A stretch of DNA of 64,000 bases from an uncultured Methanomassiliicoccales archaeon (GCA_963695345.1 OY968769.1:2016001-2080000); one strand, 5' to 3'; counted from the first letter of the stretch, positions 33,211 through 43,891 are shown. The notes: generated by a model from the sequence alone, not told the origin. Translations and numbers: made by a program.

Positions 33211-34271
33211 ATGGATGTGGGTATTGTAAGCTACGGGGCGTACGTGCCAAGATACAGGATCGGGCCACAGGAGATCGGCCGGGTCTGGGGCGCGGATGGG
33301 GAAATGATGTCCAAGAACCTTCTGATCTTTTCCAAGTCCGTCCCGGCCCCCGATGAGGATGTCATAACCATCTCCGTGGAGGCGGCACGCGCCATGATGC
33401 GCGCGGACCAACGTGAACCCCCAGGACATCGGGGCGCTGTACGTCGGTTCGGAATCCCACCCCTATGCGGTGAAACCGACCGGAACCGTCGTCGCCGAGG
33501 CCATCGAGGCCTCGCCGAACCTGACCGTGGCCGATTTCGAGTTCGCCTGCAAGGCCGGAACGGCCGCCATCCAGGTATGCATGGGACTGGTCGGCTCGGG
33601 CATGATCAAGTACGGCGTGGCCATCGGCGCCGACACCTCCCAGGGCGCACCCGGGGACCCGCTGGAATACTCCGCCTCGGCCGGCGGCGCCGCCTACCTG
33701 ATCGGTTCCCGCGAGATCATCGCCAAGATCAACTCCACCTTCTCCTACACCACCGACACCCCCGACTTCTGGAGGCGGGAGGGTCAGCCCTACCCGTCCC
33801 ACGGCGGGAGGTTCACCGGCGAGCCGGCATATTTCAAGCACGTCTCCGCCGCGGCCAAGGGCCTGATGGAGAAGGTCGGGCTCGAAGCCGACCGACTACC
33901 AGTACGCCGTGTTCCACCAGCCGAACGGTAAGTTCCCGATGCGGGTGGCAAAGCAGCTGGGATTCACCGAGAAGCAGATCGAGACGGGCCTGCTGACGCC
34001 GGTCATCGGCAACACCTATTCCGGTGCCGTCCCGCTGGGACTGGCGTCGGTGCTGGACGTGGCCGCCCCGGGCGACCGGATCTTCGTCGTGGCCTACGGT
34101 TCCGGCGCGGGCGCGGACGGTTTCGACATAACCGTCACCGACAATATCTCCGGCTACCGGCGGGAGGAAGCCCCCACGATCAAGCAGATGCTGGAGAACA
34201 AGAAGTTCATCGATTATGCCACGTACGCGAAGTTCCGCGGCAAGATCAAGCTCAAGGAGGGATCCGAGTGA
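33211..34271 (+). CDS. Archaeal hydroxymethylglutaryl-CoA synthase, two extra bases (near 33405 and 33890)
   Basis: [36 protein letters not shown] and IGNTYSG spread over three successive +1 frames. Confidence 0.92.
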
Positions 34272-35434
34272 GAGAGGTAGCGGTCATTGGAATCGGCGCC
34301 ACCAAGTTCGGCGAGCTGTGGGACCTGTCGTTCCGCGAGATCGGCATGCAGGCGGGATTGGCGGCGGTCTACGACGCCAACCTGTCCGGCGAGGACATCG
34401 ACGCCCTGTACGTGGGCAACATGTCCGCCGGCCGTTATATCCAGCAGGAGCATGTGGCGGCGCTCATCGCCGACTACTCGGGCATGGCCCGGGACAACAT
34501 ACCGGCGACCCGGGTGGAGGCCGCCGGGGCGTCCGGGGGCCTGGCGCTGCGCCAGGGCTACATGGCGATCGCCTCGGGAATGCATGACATCGTGGTCGTC
34601 GGCGGAGCGGAGAAGATGACCGACGTGGGCGATGCCGAGTCCAACGAGATCCAGTCGTCGGCCGCGGACGAGCAGTGGGAGGTGACGTTCGGAGCGACGT
34701 TCCCGTCGCTGCACGCCATGATAGCGCGCCGGCACATGCACGATTTCGGCACCACCCGCGAGCAGATCGCCCAGGTGGCGGTCAAGAATCACAAGCACGG
34801 TTCGCTGAACCCGAAGGCCCAGTACCAGAAGGAGATCAACCTGGACACGGTGCTCAGGTCTCCCCTGGTCTCGGACCCGCTGGGCATGTTCGACTGCGCC
34901 CCGAACTCGGACGGGGCGGCGGCGGTGGTCCTGTGCGCCATGGAGAAGGCCAAGAAGTACACCGAAACACCGGTCAAGATCCTGGCATCGGGGCAGGCGT
35001 CCGATACGCTGGCGCTGCATCACCGCAACAGCATCGTCGGGTTCGACGCCACCCGGGTCGCGGCCGAGCGGGCCTTCAAGCAGGCCAGGCTGACGGCGAA
35101 GGACGTCAACTTCGCCGAGGTCCATGACAACTTCACCATCTCGGAGATACTGGCCATCGAGGACCTGGGCTTCTTCCCGAAGGGGGAGGGCGGAAAGGCC
35201 ACCATGGACGGGCAGACGCTGCTCGGCGGGAAGATCGCCATCAACACCTCCGGCGGTCTTAAGGCCAGAGGCGACCCGATCGGGGCCACCGGGGTGGCAC
35301 AGATCGTCGAGGTCGTCACCCAGCTGCGCGGTCAGGCGGGAAAGCGCCAGGTCTCCGACGCGAGGGTCGGACTGGCCCAGAACGTGGGTGGGACCGGCGC
35401 CACCGCCGTCGTGCACATCCTGGGGGTGGCCTGA
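34268..35434 (+). CDS. Acetyl-CoA acetyltransferase (archaeal thiolase)
   Basis: KNHKHG..NPKAQ and INTSGGLKARG motifs; position between HMGCS and DUF35. Several usual active-site residues differ (EAAGASG, EVHDNF, RGDPIGATG). Confidence 0.88.
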   Translation: MREVAVIGIGATKFGELWDLSFREIGMQAGLAAVYDANLSGEDIDALYVGNMSAGRYIQQEHVAALIADYSGMARDNIPATRVEAAGASGGLALRQGYMAIASGMHDIVVVGGAEKMTDVGDAESNEIQSSAADEQWEVTFGATFPSLHAMIARRHMHDFGTTREQIAQVAVKNHKHGSLNPKAQYQKEINLDTVLRSPLVSDPLGMFDCAPNSDGAAAVVLCAMEKAKKYTETPVKILASGQASDTLALHHRNSIVGFDATRVAAERAFKQARLTAKDVNFAEVHDNFTISEILAIEDLGFFPKGEGGKATMDGQTLLGGKIAINTSGGLKARGDPIGATGVAQIVEVVTQLRGQAGKRQVSDARVGLAQNVGGTGATAVVHILGVA

Positions 35435-35839
35435 TGACCACGGCCAGGTTCTGGAGGGAGAACGCGTCCCGGTACAACATGATCGGCGCCCAGTGCACGG
35501 TCTGCGGGAAGGTGCACTTCCCCCCGCGGTCGGTGTGCCCCACCTGCCACCGCAAGTCCATCGGGAAGACTGCAGCCTATCCGGCTGAAGGGCGATGGGG
35601 AGATCTTCTCCTACACCGTGGTCCACGAGGCCCCGTCCCAGTTCGAGATGCAGAAGCCATACGTCATGGCGATCATCCGGATGAGGGAAGGGGTGATGGT
35701 CACCGGCCAGGTCATCGATCTCGACGCCAACGACCTGGAGATCGGCATGAAGGTCAGGGCCACCATGAGGAGGCTGGGATCGGACGGGCCCGACGGGGTC
35801 ATCCATTACGGCTACAAGTTCGCGCCGGTACGGCAGTAG
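35434..35839 (+). CDS. DUF35 Zn-ribbon/OB-fold scaffold protein, one extra base near 35582
   Basis: CTVCG..FPPRSVCPTC, then GEIFSYTVVH and GVIHYGYKF in the +1 frame. Confidence 0.9.
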
Positions 35840-36062
35840 GGTCGGCCAGTACAACTTAAACCCTTTTCCTTTCACTTCTTTTCCATGTCGACCATGCCGA
35901 AGCGGACGCTTCGGGTCATCCGATGGGGGGATCGATACCGATCCTTTGATATCGCAGGTCCAGGGCTCGGTCCCTTGACCGATGGTTTGATTTTCCGTGA
36001 CGCCATAGCATCAAGCTGACGTCCGGTTCTCTGACTGGATGTCATCCCGACCGGGTGGTAGG

Positions 36063-36521
36063 ATGTCCGAGCTCAAGACCGTGGAATACGTGGACGTGAC
36101 GAGGTACATGGGAACATGGTACGAGATAGCGAAGTTCCCGCAGAGGTTCGAGAGGGGACTAGTCGGGGTGACGGCCAAATACGCTCTGCTGTCCGATGGA
36201 ACGGTACAGGTCATCAATGGCGGATACGTCGGGGATTTTACTGGGAACTATCGGTCTGCCAAGGGCAAGGCATGGGTGGTCGACAAGAAATCCTATGCCA
36301 AGCTGAAAGTGAGCTTCTTCTGGCCGTTCGCCGCCGACTATTGGATATTGGAGATCGGTAAGGACTACGAGTATGCGGTGGTCGGCAACAGGTCGAGAAA
36401 ATACCTCTGGATCCTCTCCAGGACGCCGAGGATGGACGAGGCGGTGTATCAGGACCTGCTCCGTCGCATCGGTGAGATGGGATTCGATATCTCGAAACTG
36501 GAAAAGAACCCGCAGAAGTAA
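36063..36521 (+). CDS. Lipocalin (Blc-like)
   Basis: RYMGTWYEIAK, KLKVSFFWPF, DYWIL and YLWILSRTP motifs; no lipoprotein signal seen. Confidence 0.9.
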   Translation: MSELKTVEYVDVTRYMGTWYEIAKFPQRFERGLVGVTAKYALLSDGTVQVINGGYVGDFTGNYRSAKGKAWVVDKKSYAKLKVSFFWPFAADYWILEIGKDYEYAVVGNRSRKYLWILSRTPRMDEAVYQDLLRRIGEMGFDISKLEKNPQK

Positions 36522-36604
36522 GGCACCATGTACGAGGCATTTCGCCTTTGCCGACCGTCCCCGATACCGCAGGGTTCCAGATCATGAATGGCCTTGGAAA
36601 GATC

Positions 36605-39600
36605 TCATTCGACGGTAATCTCGAACTCGGATTCGAACCCTACCTGCTCCTCGGAGAGTACCGATTTGCACGACAACATCAGCTTCAGGGCGATATCGCC
36701 GGATATCCGTGGCTGGATCAGCACATCGATGGTCTTCTTTTCGCCCTTGGGCAGCCGTTCGATGTCGATGAGCCCCTTCACATCCACCTCTCCGACGATC
36801 TCCAGTCTGATATCCCGGGCCGCGGCGATGCCGTCGTTGCTGACATGCAGGCGGAACTTCGCCCAGGCGCCTTTCTTCGGTTCGTCGAGGAAATCGATGT
36901 CGATGCCGATGTCCGGCATCATCTGCTCTTTCTGCTCATCCACTTTCGCGATTGCCTGATGGAGGAGGTCCAGCCCCTGCTTGGCGTCTATGCTGCGCAG
37001 GGCGTCCGCCTTCTTCAGGAGCTGCTCCGCCGCGATCACTGGCATGCCCTGTGCCCGGACATTGTCCAGCTCCGCCTTGACCTTGTTGCGGACCTTCTTG
37101 AACTCCTCATTGGCGGCCGTGGCCACCCCGATGAGCCGCTCGCTCTTCTGCAGGGTCCGGAACGCCTCGCCCATGTCCTGTATCAGCAGCCCCCCGGTCG
37201 CGCTGGTGTACAGGCCCTCGCTCATGTTGACATCCAAGCCGGCCTTCCTGGCCTTGTTGATCCCTTCCGCCACCTTCAGGCGTTTGCGTCCGAACTCCTC
37301 CAGGACCAACTGGCGCATGGTACGTACCCCGATGCTCAGCGTCTCCAGGTCCTTCGAGCTGAAAACGCCTCCCCTGTCCTCCTGGAGCTTGAGCACGCTG
37401 GGGGCCAGCTTCGACCGGTCGTAGCCGATCTCGTTCAGCAGCTTGAACAGCTTGGTCAGCTCCGCGTAGTTACGCTCGGACTCCCGGCCGGCGATCTCCT
37501 GGAGCAAGGCCTTGGTCCGGTGAAGGAACAGCGATGATCTCTCGAAATCCAATGATAGCAGGGCCTCGTCCGCCTGGTCCAGGAGCATTTCCATGCTGGT
37601 CCGTTCCTCGCTCTCCTCCAGGAACTGGAAGTCGTGCCGGAGGGACTGCATCTCGTTCATCCTGGCCTCGAACATCTCACGCAGCTGGGTCAGTTCGTCC
37701 CGGCTGCGCATGGCCAAGGCGCTGGCCTCCGCGAAGGCATTGGCCTTCAGCTTGTCCTCGGCCTTGGTCAGCAGCTGCCTCAGGTCTTCCGAGAAGACCC
37801 CGGAGGCGGCCGCCTCATCGAACTTGGCCCGCACCTCGACGATGACCTTCCGGGCCGAGTCCCTGATATCCCTTACCTTGACAAGCTCGTCCTCATAGGT
37901 GCGGACCAGGGGGAGCACGTCACGGAACCGGCGCTGGTTGATGCGCTCGTTGATGTCCTTGCGGATACGGTCCACGATGACCAGGTCCGGTCCCTCCAGC
38001 TCTTCCCTTCGGATCTTCAGGTCGCTCTCTTCCAGCTTCCGGGAGATCATCATGTCCATGAGATGGGCCGCCTGGTCCACGGCGCGTTTCGAGAGTTCCA
38101 TGGCCAGCGGGTGGTTGCCCTGCTTCTGTATGATGCGGGCCTGATTCATGATCTCCAGCGCCGGCGAGACGTTCACGCCCAGGTCCTGGATGGCCTTGAG
38201 CGTGGCCATGGTCCGCTCGATCTGCTCGTTGGCCTTCTGCTCCATGAGCATCAGCTGGTCCAGTTCGCCCCTGGTCATCTGGGCTGCCCGGAGGGCTTCC
38301 AGGTAGCGTTTCTCCTCCAGCAGGCTGGTCGATTTCAGCAGTATCTGTTGCGGGGAGTTGGTGTCGATGCCCGCCGCCCTGGTTCTGTCCAGCAATGATC
38401 TGCACAGGTTGATCTCGCGCAGGATCCCGGACGCCAGCTGGCTCCTGATGAGCTCGATCCCGCCGTTCATCGTCTTAAGCGAGGTCAGGTGCTCATTCTT
38501 GTTCTCCTGCTCGATCGCCGCCTGTATCGACGATTCCGCGGACGAAATGTCCAGCCCGAGCGTTTCCATGGCCATGACCAGTTCCTTCGCCTCCTCTATC
38601 CTGCGGGCTGCCATGAACGGGGCCACGATGACCTCGGTCTCGGCGTACGAAGCGGTGGACGCGGCCCGGGCGTCCCCGTATCTTCCGCTCTCGAACATGC
38701 GCTTGGTCTTCAGGAGCAGGTCGGTGGCCTTCCGGGTGTCTATGCCCTTGGAGTCCGCCTCCTCCAGGAGATTGGAGATCTCCACTATCCTATCGTAGAT
38801 CTCCACGTGGACGCTGGTCAGCTGTCTCAGGCTTACCTGGGCCTCCTTGAGATTATCGAAGGCCTTCTCGAACGAGCCCTGCTTGAGGGCCCGGCCGGCC
38901 TCCTCCAGGAGATGTTCGGGCTTCATGACCTCGACGCCCTTCTTGCGCTCCAGCGAGATGGAGCGGGACGTGGAGGCCATCTCCCGGGTGAGCTCGTCGA
39001 GGATTATGGAATGTGAGAATTGGATGACGTCGTTGGCGGTGCGGAGGGCGACCATGGTGTTGTTCTTGGCCTTCATCTCCTCCGCCCGGGCCAGCTTGTC
39101 CTTGAGGGTGACGCTCTCGCAGTTGAGCTCCTTGAGGATGCCGAGCATGCTATGGGCCTCCGCCATGCGGGTCTCCAGGGCCTGCTTCTCCTCCCGGTTC
39201 AATGACTCGGCCGCCTCGGCCGCCAGGTCATAGGCGTTGACGAACTCGTTCCTCTCCGCCGCCTTGCGGGCCTGTTCCAGCATTGTCGTGGCACTGCTCA
39301 CGTCCATCGATCCCTTGTACATGTCCAGGTTAGCCTTGCCCTCGTCCAGGGCCTTCTGGACCTGGAAACGCAACTTCGCGTCGATGGTATCGGAGCATTT
39401 GGCGAGGAGTTCCGGTGCGACCGTGAACTCCCCCTTCTTGATGAGGTCGACGATCCTCTCCAGCATGCTCGTCTCGTCGTTCACGTCCACCCCGATGCGG
39501 AGAGCTCCGGCGAACTTGATCTCTATCGCCATGACATCCTTGGCGTAGTGCTCCTCGAGCTGCTTGTTCAGCTCCGAATGGGCCTCCCTGAGCAGGCCTG

Positions 39601-40939
39601 AGGCGCTGACAAACTCATGCGCCAGCGTCGCCCTCCTTGCCGAGTCCATGAAGCTCTTGGCGGTGGACGTATCCAGTTTCAGCTCGTCGGCCCGGTCCAT
39701 GACCGCCCTGGTCTTGAGCAGCTCGGATTCCAGGTCGGCCAGGCCCTTGAGGGCGGTGCCGATCTCGTTCTCGGCCGCCGAGATCTGCGCCATCGCTTCC
39801 TCGATCTCTGAGCTGGACAGGTGTGCCCTCGCCGCCTCGATCTTATTGGAAGCGCTTCCCAGGTCGATTCCCAGGCGCTTGGCGATGAGCAGTGAAGGGC
39901 GCAGCTTCAGCAATGCCTCGGAGATCAGGCCGGTCTCCTTGTCGCGCAGGGCGGTCTTCACGGACCTCGTCCCTTCGAGGGCCTCGTTGAACTTGAGGTC
40001 CTTGAGCAGGTCCTTCTGCAGACCGATCTGGGAGACAAGGTCCTTCACATCGATCCCATTCTCCTTGAGGGCCGTTCCTCTCTTGCGGAGCGACTGTAGC
40101 TCCGCGGCGAATCCCTTGGTGAGCGCCTTCTGCTGTTCACCCTCGGCCGATGACAGGGCGGCGAACGCCTCCTCGAACGAACCATGGTCCAGCAGCCCCT
40201 GCGCCTTCTTCAGGGCCTTTTCGACCTTCGACAGGTCGACGGCGAACTCGGACTGGTATTTGGAGACGTCCATCATGCTTTCGGCTCGGGCCTGGAACTT
40301 ATCGGCCAGGGCCGATTCCAGCGATTCCCGGCAGGATACCAGCTTCTCCATCGAGGAGGGCACCTGCTCTTTCTCCAGTAGGTCCCTGGCCTCCGTCAGT
40401 CCCTTGCGTTCGGCATCGACCGTTATGCCCTGGCCCTCCGCCAGCAGCATGACCGTCTGGGTCTCCCCGAAGGCGGTCGCCATGAACCGGTTGACCAGCT
40501 TCTCCACCTTGTCCCAGAGGTCCTTGGACATGGCGAAGGCATCCTCCAGCGACCCCTTTGCCAGAGCCGTCTTGGCCTCCTGCGACAGGATGGACAGGTC
40601 CTCCGCCTTGGCCCCCATTCTCTCCACATGGGTCCTAAGATCGTCCGCGTCCCCGATCATGGAGGAGACCTGGTCCTTCTGCGCCCTGAACGACGCCTCC
40701 ATGCTCTTGCTGGACATGCCCACCGATGAACGGTAATCCTTTTCTCTGAAAAATGAACTGGCTTCGGTAAGGTATTTCTCTGCCTCCGCCGAGGGGGCGT
40801 CCATCCTCTTGGAAAGCTTCAGAGATATCTCTGCCTGGACGAGCTTCTCCTCCGCAGCATCGCGGCTTTTAGCTGCCTCCTTCGCTTTTTGCTCAATTTG
40901 TTTCTTGAGCTGCAGCTGTTTGATGTAATCTCCAGTCAA
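36605..40939 (-). CDS. 1444-aa alpha-helical repeat protein with C-terminal Ig/CARDB-like beta domain
   Basis: Recurrent G(I/V)D...A...L..A...L....(F/Y)..A units rich in E/K/A/L; C-terminal V-N-G...A.DI...L.KGEKKTI. Confidence 0.8.
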   Translation of the reverse strand: MTGDYIKQLQLKKQIEQKAKEAAKSRDAAEEKLVQAEISLKLSKRMDAPSAEAEKYLTEASSFFREKDYRSSVGMSSKSMEASFRAQKDQVSSMIGDADDLRTHVERMGAKAEDLSILSQEAKTALAKGSLEDAFAMSKDLWDKVEKLVNRFMATAFGETQTVMLLAEGQGITVDAERKGLTEARDLLEKEQVPSSMEKLVSCRESLESALADKFQARAESMMDVSKYQSEFAVDLSKVEKALKKAQGLLDHGSFEEAFAALSSAEGEQQKALTKGFAAELQSLRKRGTALKENGIDVKDLVSQIGLQKDLLKDLKFNEALEGTRSVKTALRDKETGLISEALLKLRPSLLIAKRLGIDLGSASNKIEAARAHLSSSEIEEAMAQISAAENEIGTALKGLADLESELLKTRAVMDRADELKLDTSTAKSFMDSARRATLAHEFVSASGLLREAHSELNKQLEEHYAKDVMAIEIKFAGALRIGVDVNDETSMLERIVDLIKKGEFTVAPELLAKCSDTIDAKLRFQVQKALDEGKANLDMYKGSMDVSSATTMLEQARKAAERNEFVNAYDLAAEAAESLNREEKQALETRMAEAHSMLGILKELNCESVTLKDKLARAEEMKAKNNTMVALRTANDVIQFSHSIILDELTREMASTSRSISLERKKGVEVMKPEHLLEEAGRALKQGSFEKAFDNLKEAQVSLRQLTSVHVEIYDRIVEISNLLEEADSKGIDTRKATDLLLKTKRMFESGRYGDARAASTASYAETEVIVAPFMAARRIEEAKELVMAMETLGLDISSAESSIQAAIEQENKNEHLTSLKTMNGGIELIRSQLASGILREINLCRSLLDRTRAAGIDTNSPQQILLKSTSLLEEKRYLEALRAAQMTRGELDQLMLMEQKANEQIERTMATLKAIQDLGVNVSPALEIMNQARIIQKQGNHPLAMELSKRAVDQAAHLMDMMISRKLEESDLKIRREELEGPDLVIVDRIRKDINERINQRRFRDVLPLVRTYEDELVKVRDIRDSARKVIVEVRAKFDEAAASGVFSEDLRQLLTKAEDKLKANAFAEASALAMRSRDELTQLREMFEARMNEMQSLRHDFQFLEESEERTSMEMLLDQADEALLSLDFERSSLFLHRTKALLQEIAGRESERNYAELTKLFKLLNEIGYDRSKLAPSVLKLQEDRGGVFSSKDLETLSIGVRTMRQLVLEEFGRKRLKVAEGINKARKAGLDVNMSEGLYTSATGGLLIQDMGEAFRTLQKSERLIGVATAANEEFKKVRNKVKAELDNVRAQGMPVIAAEQLLKKADALRSIDAKQGLDLLHQAIAKVDEQKEQMMPDIGIDIDFLDEPKKGAWAKFRLHVSNDGIAAARDIRLEIVGEVDVKGLIDIERLPKGEKKTIDVLIQPRISGDIALKLMLSCKSVLSEEQVGFESEFEITVE

Positions 40940-41068
40940 ACGAGATCAAATCCGAGAGCCGATATGACCAACCATTCCCCAATAGGGAAGGGCTATTGTT
41001 TGCGATTAGCCCGATATCTGATATACCTTTTGACCGGATTCCATTAATTGGTAATATGGCCAGATAGC

Positions 41069-41557
41069 TCAACGCTTCAGGATTTCCACGAACGCAACCT
41101 TCTCGAGAACAATATCCGCGAACCGCTCTTCCGGGACCGCGCTGAGATCACAATCATCGATGCCGAACGCCACCGCCTTCTCCCTCGACGGCAGGAGGAC
41201 CAGGTCGTCCCTGGTCAACCCGAGGCGGCTGAGCACCTCCGCCGGATCGTCGCAATCGAACAGAACGAGGGCAAAACGCCTCACGCCGTCCTTGACCCCC
41301 ATCTTCTCCTTGGCCCTGGAAATCTGGCGCTCTCCGGAGGAGAAGAGCATGGTCTCCATGGACATGGTGGAAGAGGAGTTGGAGCCCTGCTCCATGGCCC
41401 TCTCGGCATGGGCCGCCGCCGCTTCCAGGTGGGTCCTGCCGCAGACCATGTCCGCGTCCATCGGAAGCACTTCACAAGGCAGTGACTGGACCTTCTGAAT
41501 GAAGTCGGAGGCGCAGCATGCTTCCCCCTTTGCACCCAGTATGATGACCGAGCTCAT
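41069..41557 (-). CDS. cgi121: KEOPS complex subunit Cgi121
   Basis: DADMVCGRTHL, ETMLFSSGERQISRA..MGVKDG and VLEKVA motifs. Confidence 0.85.
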   Translation of the reverse strand: MSSVIILGAKGEACCASDFIQKVQSLPCEVLPMDADMVCGRTHLEAAAAHAERAMEQGSNSSSTMSMETMLFSSGERQISRAKEKMGVKDGVRRFALVLFDCDDPAEVLSRLGLTRDDLVLLPSREKAVAFGIDDCDLSAVPEERFADIVLEKVAFVEILKR

Positions 41558-41732
41558 GTCCGGTCCAACGGCGGGAGCGTATATATTGTTTTTTCCGGGA
41601 CCTTCCAATGGCCAGCCTGGTCCGTCCAGAACATATTCCGAAGTACCTTCAATATCTAGAAAGCATTATTAGGGCAAACGGGTTTTGTGGGCTCGTCTAG
41701 TTCATCGATATGTGAGATGGAGCGCACCTAAA

Positions 41733-42674
41733 ATGTCACTTAACAAGGTCGTGGTAAGATCTCCGGCAACCATAGCGAACCTTGGTCCGGGCTTCGATGT
41801 GTTCGGGATAGCTCTCAAGGAGCCGGCTGATCTGATCGAGGTTCGTCGGACCAGCGAGCGGGGCGTCCGGGTGGAGAAGATCGAGGGCATCGGAGCGCAC
41901 GGCGTGACCATCGACAATTCCCGGAACACCGCCGCGGTCGCCGCCCAGAAAGTGTTGGAGATGGGCAATGCGGATTTCGGTCTCAGGATGAGCATCAAGA
42001 AGGGCATCCGTCCGGCGAGCGGGATGGGTTCCTCGGGAGCTTCCGCGGCCGGCGGGGCCTATGCCGCGAACCTCATGCTAGAAACGCCCTTCCCGGTGGA
42101 GAAACTGGTCTACTCCGCCGCCCTGGGAGAGGAGGCGTCGTCCGGCAGCCGCCACGCCGACAACGCCGGGCCGGCATTGCTGGGAGGCTTCACCATCATC
42201 CGTTCGTATGAGCCGATGGAGATCGTCCGGGTCAACCCGCCGGCGAACCTCGGCATCGTCGCCATGCTCCCATCGTTCGCTGTCCCCACCCGGGAGGCGA
42301 GGAAGGTCCTGCCGAAGACCATCGACCTGAAGAGCCTGATATTCCAGGTCGGCCATGCCGCCTCCCTGGTGGCTGGAATGGCTAACAAGGACGTTAACCT
42401 GATCGCCCGCAGCATGAAGGACGCAGTGGTCGAACCTGCCCGTACGCCGATGGTCCCGCACCTGAAGGGGGCCGAGGAAGCGGCGATGAAGGGAGGCGCC
42501 CTGGCATCGTTCCTGGGCGGGTCCGGTCCCTGCATCGGCGCCATCTTTGACCTTAACGTGATCGACGGCATCGAGATCGCCCATTCGGTCCAGTCATTCT
42601 TTGAGAACCACGGCATCGACTGTCTGTCCTGGGTCACCACCTGGGGAGAGGGTTGCAGGCGGGTATCGGAATGA
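41733..42674 (+). CDS. thrB: Homoserine kinase
   Basis: PATIANLGPGFDVFG, GMGSSGAS, HADN and GSGP motifs. Confidence 0.95.
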   Translation: MSLNKVVVRSPATIANLGPGFDVFGIALKEPADLIEVRRTSERGVRVEKIEGIGAHGVTIDNSRNTAAVAAQKVLEMGNADFGLRMSIKKGIRPASGMGSSGASAAGGAYAANLMLETPFPVEKLVYSAALGEEASSGSRHADNAGPALLGGFTIIRSYEPMEIVRVNPPANLGIVAMLPSFAVPTREARKVLPKTIDLKSLIFQVGHAASLVAGMANKDVNLIARSMKDAVVEPARTPMVPHLKGAEEAAMKGGALASFLGGSGPCIGAIFDLNVIDGIEIAHSVQSFFENHGIDCLSWVTTWGEGCRRVSE

Positions 42675-43891
42675 GCTACACGGTCAAGTGCTTCGAGTGC
42701 GGCAGACCCATCACCGACAACTTCGCCGACGCCTGTCCGCATTGCGGCGGTCTCCTGACCGTCGAGATGGACCTGGAACGGCTTTCCAATCTTACCCCGG
42801 CGGACCTGAGGAAGCGGCCGATAGGGGTCTGGCGCTATGCCCCGCTGCTGCCCGTATGCGAGGCCAAGGCGGTGACCCTGAAGGAAGGGGGCACCCCTCT
42901 CTACGACTGCGGCGCCATGGCCGCCAAGGCCAAGCTCAAGAAGGTGTACGTCAAGTTCGAAGGGGCCAACCCGACCGGCTCCTTCAAGGACCGCGGTATG
43001 ACCGTCGGGGTCACCCGGGCGGTCGAGCTCGGCTGTAAGGTGGTGGGATGCGCTTCCACCGGCAACACCTCGGCGGCTCTGGCAGCCTACGCGGCGAAGG
43101 CTGGATTGGAGAGCGTCGTGCTCCTGCCCTCGGGAAAGGTGGCCGCCGGAAAGCTGGCCCAGGCCATGTTCTACGGGGCCAAGGTCATATCGGTGGACGG
43201 CAACTTCGATGACGCGCTCAACATCGTCAAGAAGCTGGCGGCGGAGGGGGAGCTGTACCTACTGAACTCGATCAACCCGTTCCGGCCCGAGGGGCAGAAG
43301 ACGGTGGCCTTCGAGATAATCGATCAGCTGGACTTTGAGCTGCCAGACCGGATCATACTGCCGGTGGGCAACGCCGCCAACATCTGGGCGGTCTACAAGG
43401 CGTTCGTTGAGTACCGGCAGCTGGGCTGGATCGACAGGATCCCCAAGCTGACCGGGGTCCAGGCGGCCGGTTCGGCCCCCATCGTGGACGCCTACAGGCA
43501 TGGCACGTCGGACTTCGTGCCCGAGGATCACCCGGAGACCATCGCCACGGCCATCCGCATCGGCAATCCAGCATCGGGAAGGAAAGCGCTGAAGGCGATC
43601 TACGACACCGGCGGCAGCGCCATCGACGTGACCGATGAGGAGATCCTCTCGGCACAGCGCATCCTCGGCCGGTCCGAGGGTATCGGTGTGGAACCGGCCA
43701 GCGCCGCCTCGATCGCCGGGATGCTCAAGCTCTCGGAGATGGGGGAGATAGACAGGGACGAGCGCGTCGTCTGCATCTGCACCGGTCACGTGCTGAAGGA
43801 CCCGGACACCATCATCAAGTCCTTCGGCAAGGTGCATCAGGCCAAGGCGGACCTGGCATCGGTCAAGGTATGCATCAGCGCGAAGGATTGA
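42671..43891 (+). CDS. thrC: Threonine synthase with N-terminal Zn ribbon
   Basis: NPTGSFKDRG, ASTGNT, PVGNAAN and TAIRIGNP motifs. Confidence 0.95.
   Translation: MSYTVKCFECGRPITDNFADACPHCGGLLTVEMDLERLSNLTPADLRKRPIGVWRYAPLLPVCEAKAVTLKEGGTPLYDCGAMAAKAKLKKVYVKFEGANPTGSFKDRGMTVGVTRAVELGCKVVGCASTGNTSAALAAYAAKAGLESVVLLPSGKVAAGKLAQAMFYGAKVISVDGNFDDALNIVKKLAAEGELYLLNSINPFRPEGQKTVAFEIIDQLDFELPDRIILPVGNAANIWAVYKAFVEYRQLGWIDRIPKLTGVQAAGSAPIVDAYRHGTSDFVPEDHPETIATAIRIGNPASGRKALKAIYDTGGSAIDVTDEEILSAQRILGRSEGIGVEPASAASIAGMLKLSEMGEIDRDERVVCICTGHVLKDPDTIIKSFGKVHQAKADLASVKVCISAKD

Noticed and set aside
1376-35839. Programmed ribosomal frameshifting or mass pseudogenisation
   Set aside because: No common slippery motif is seen, essential genes are hit and the breaks resolve as insertions; sequencing error is more parsimonious.
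34214-35875. Long antisense or alternative-frame ORFs (e.g. 553 aa here, 413 aa at 45335, 404 aa at 10108, 390 aa at 39564)
   Set aside because: Shadow ORFs of GC-rich genes with no recognisable motifs.
36605-40939. SMC/Rad50 annotation for the 1444-aa protein
   Set aside because: No Walker A/B, signature, hinge or zinc-hook motif.
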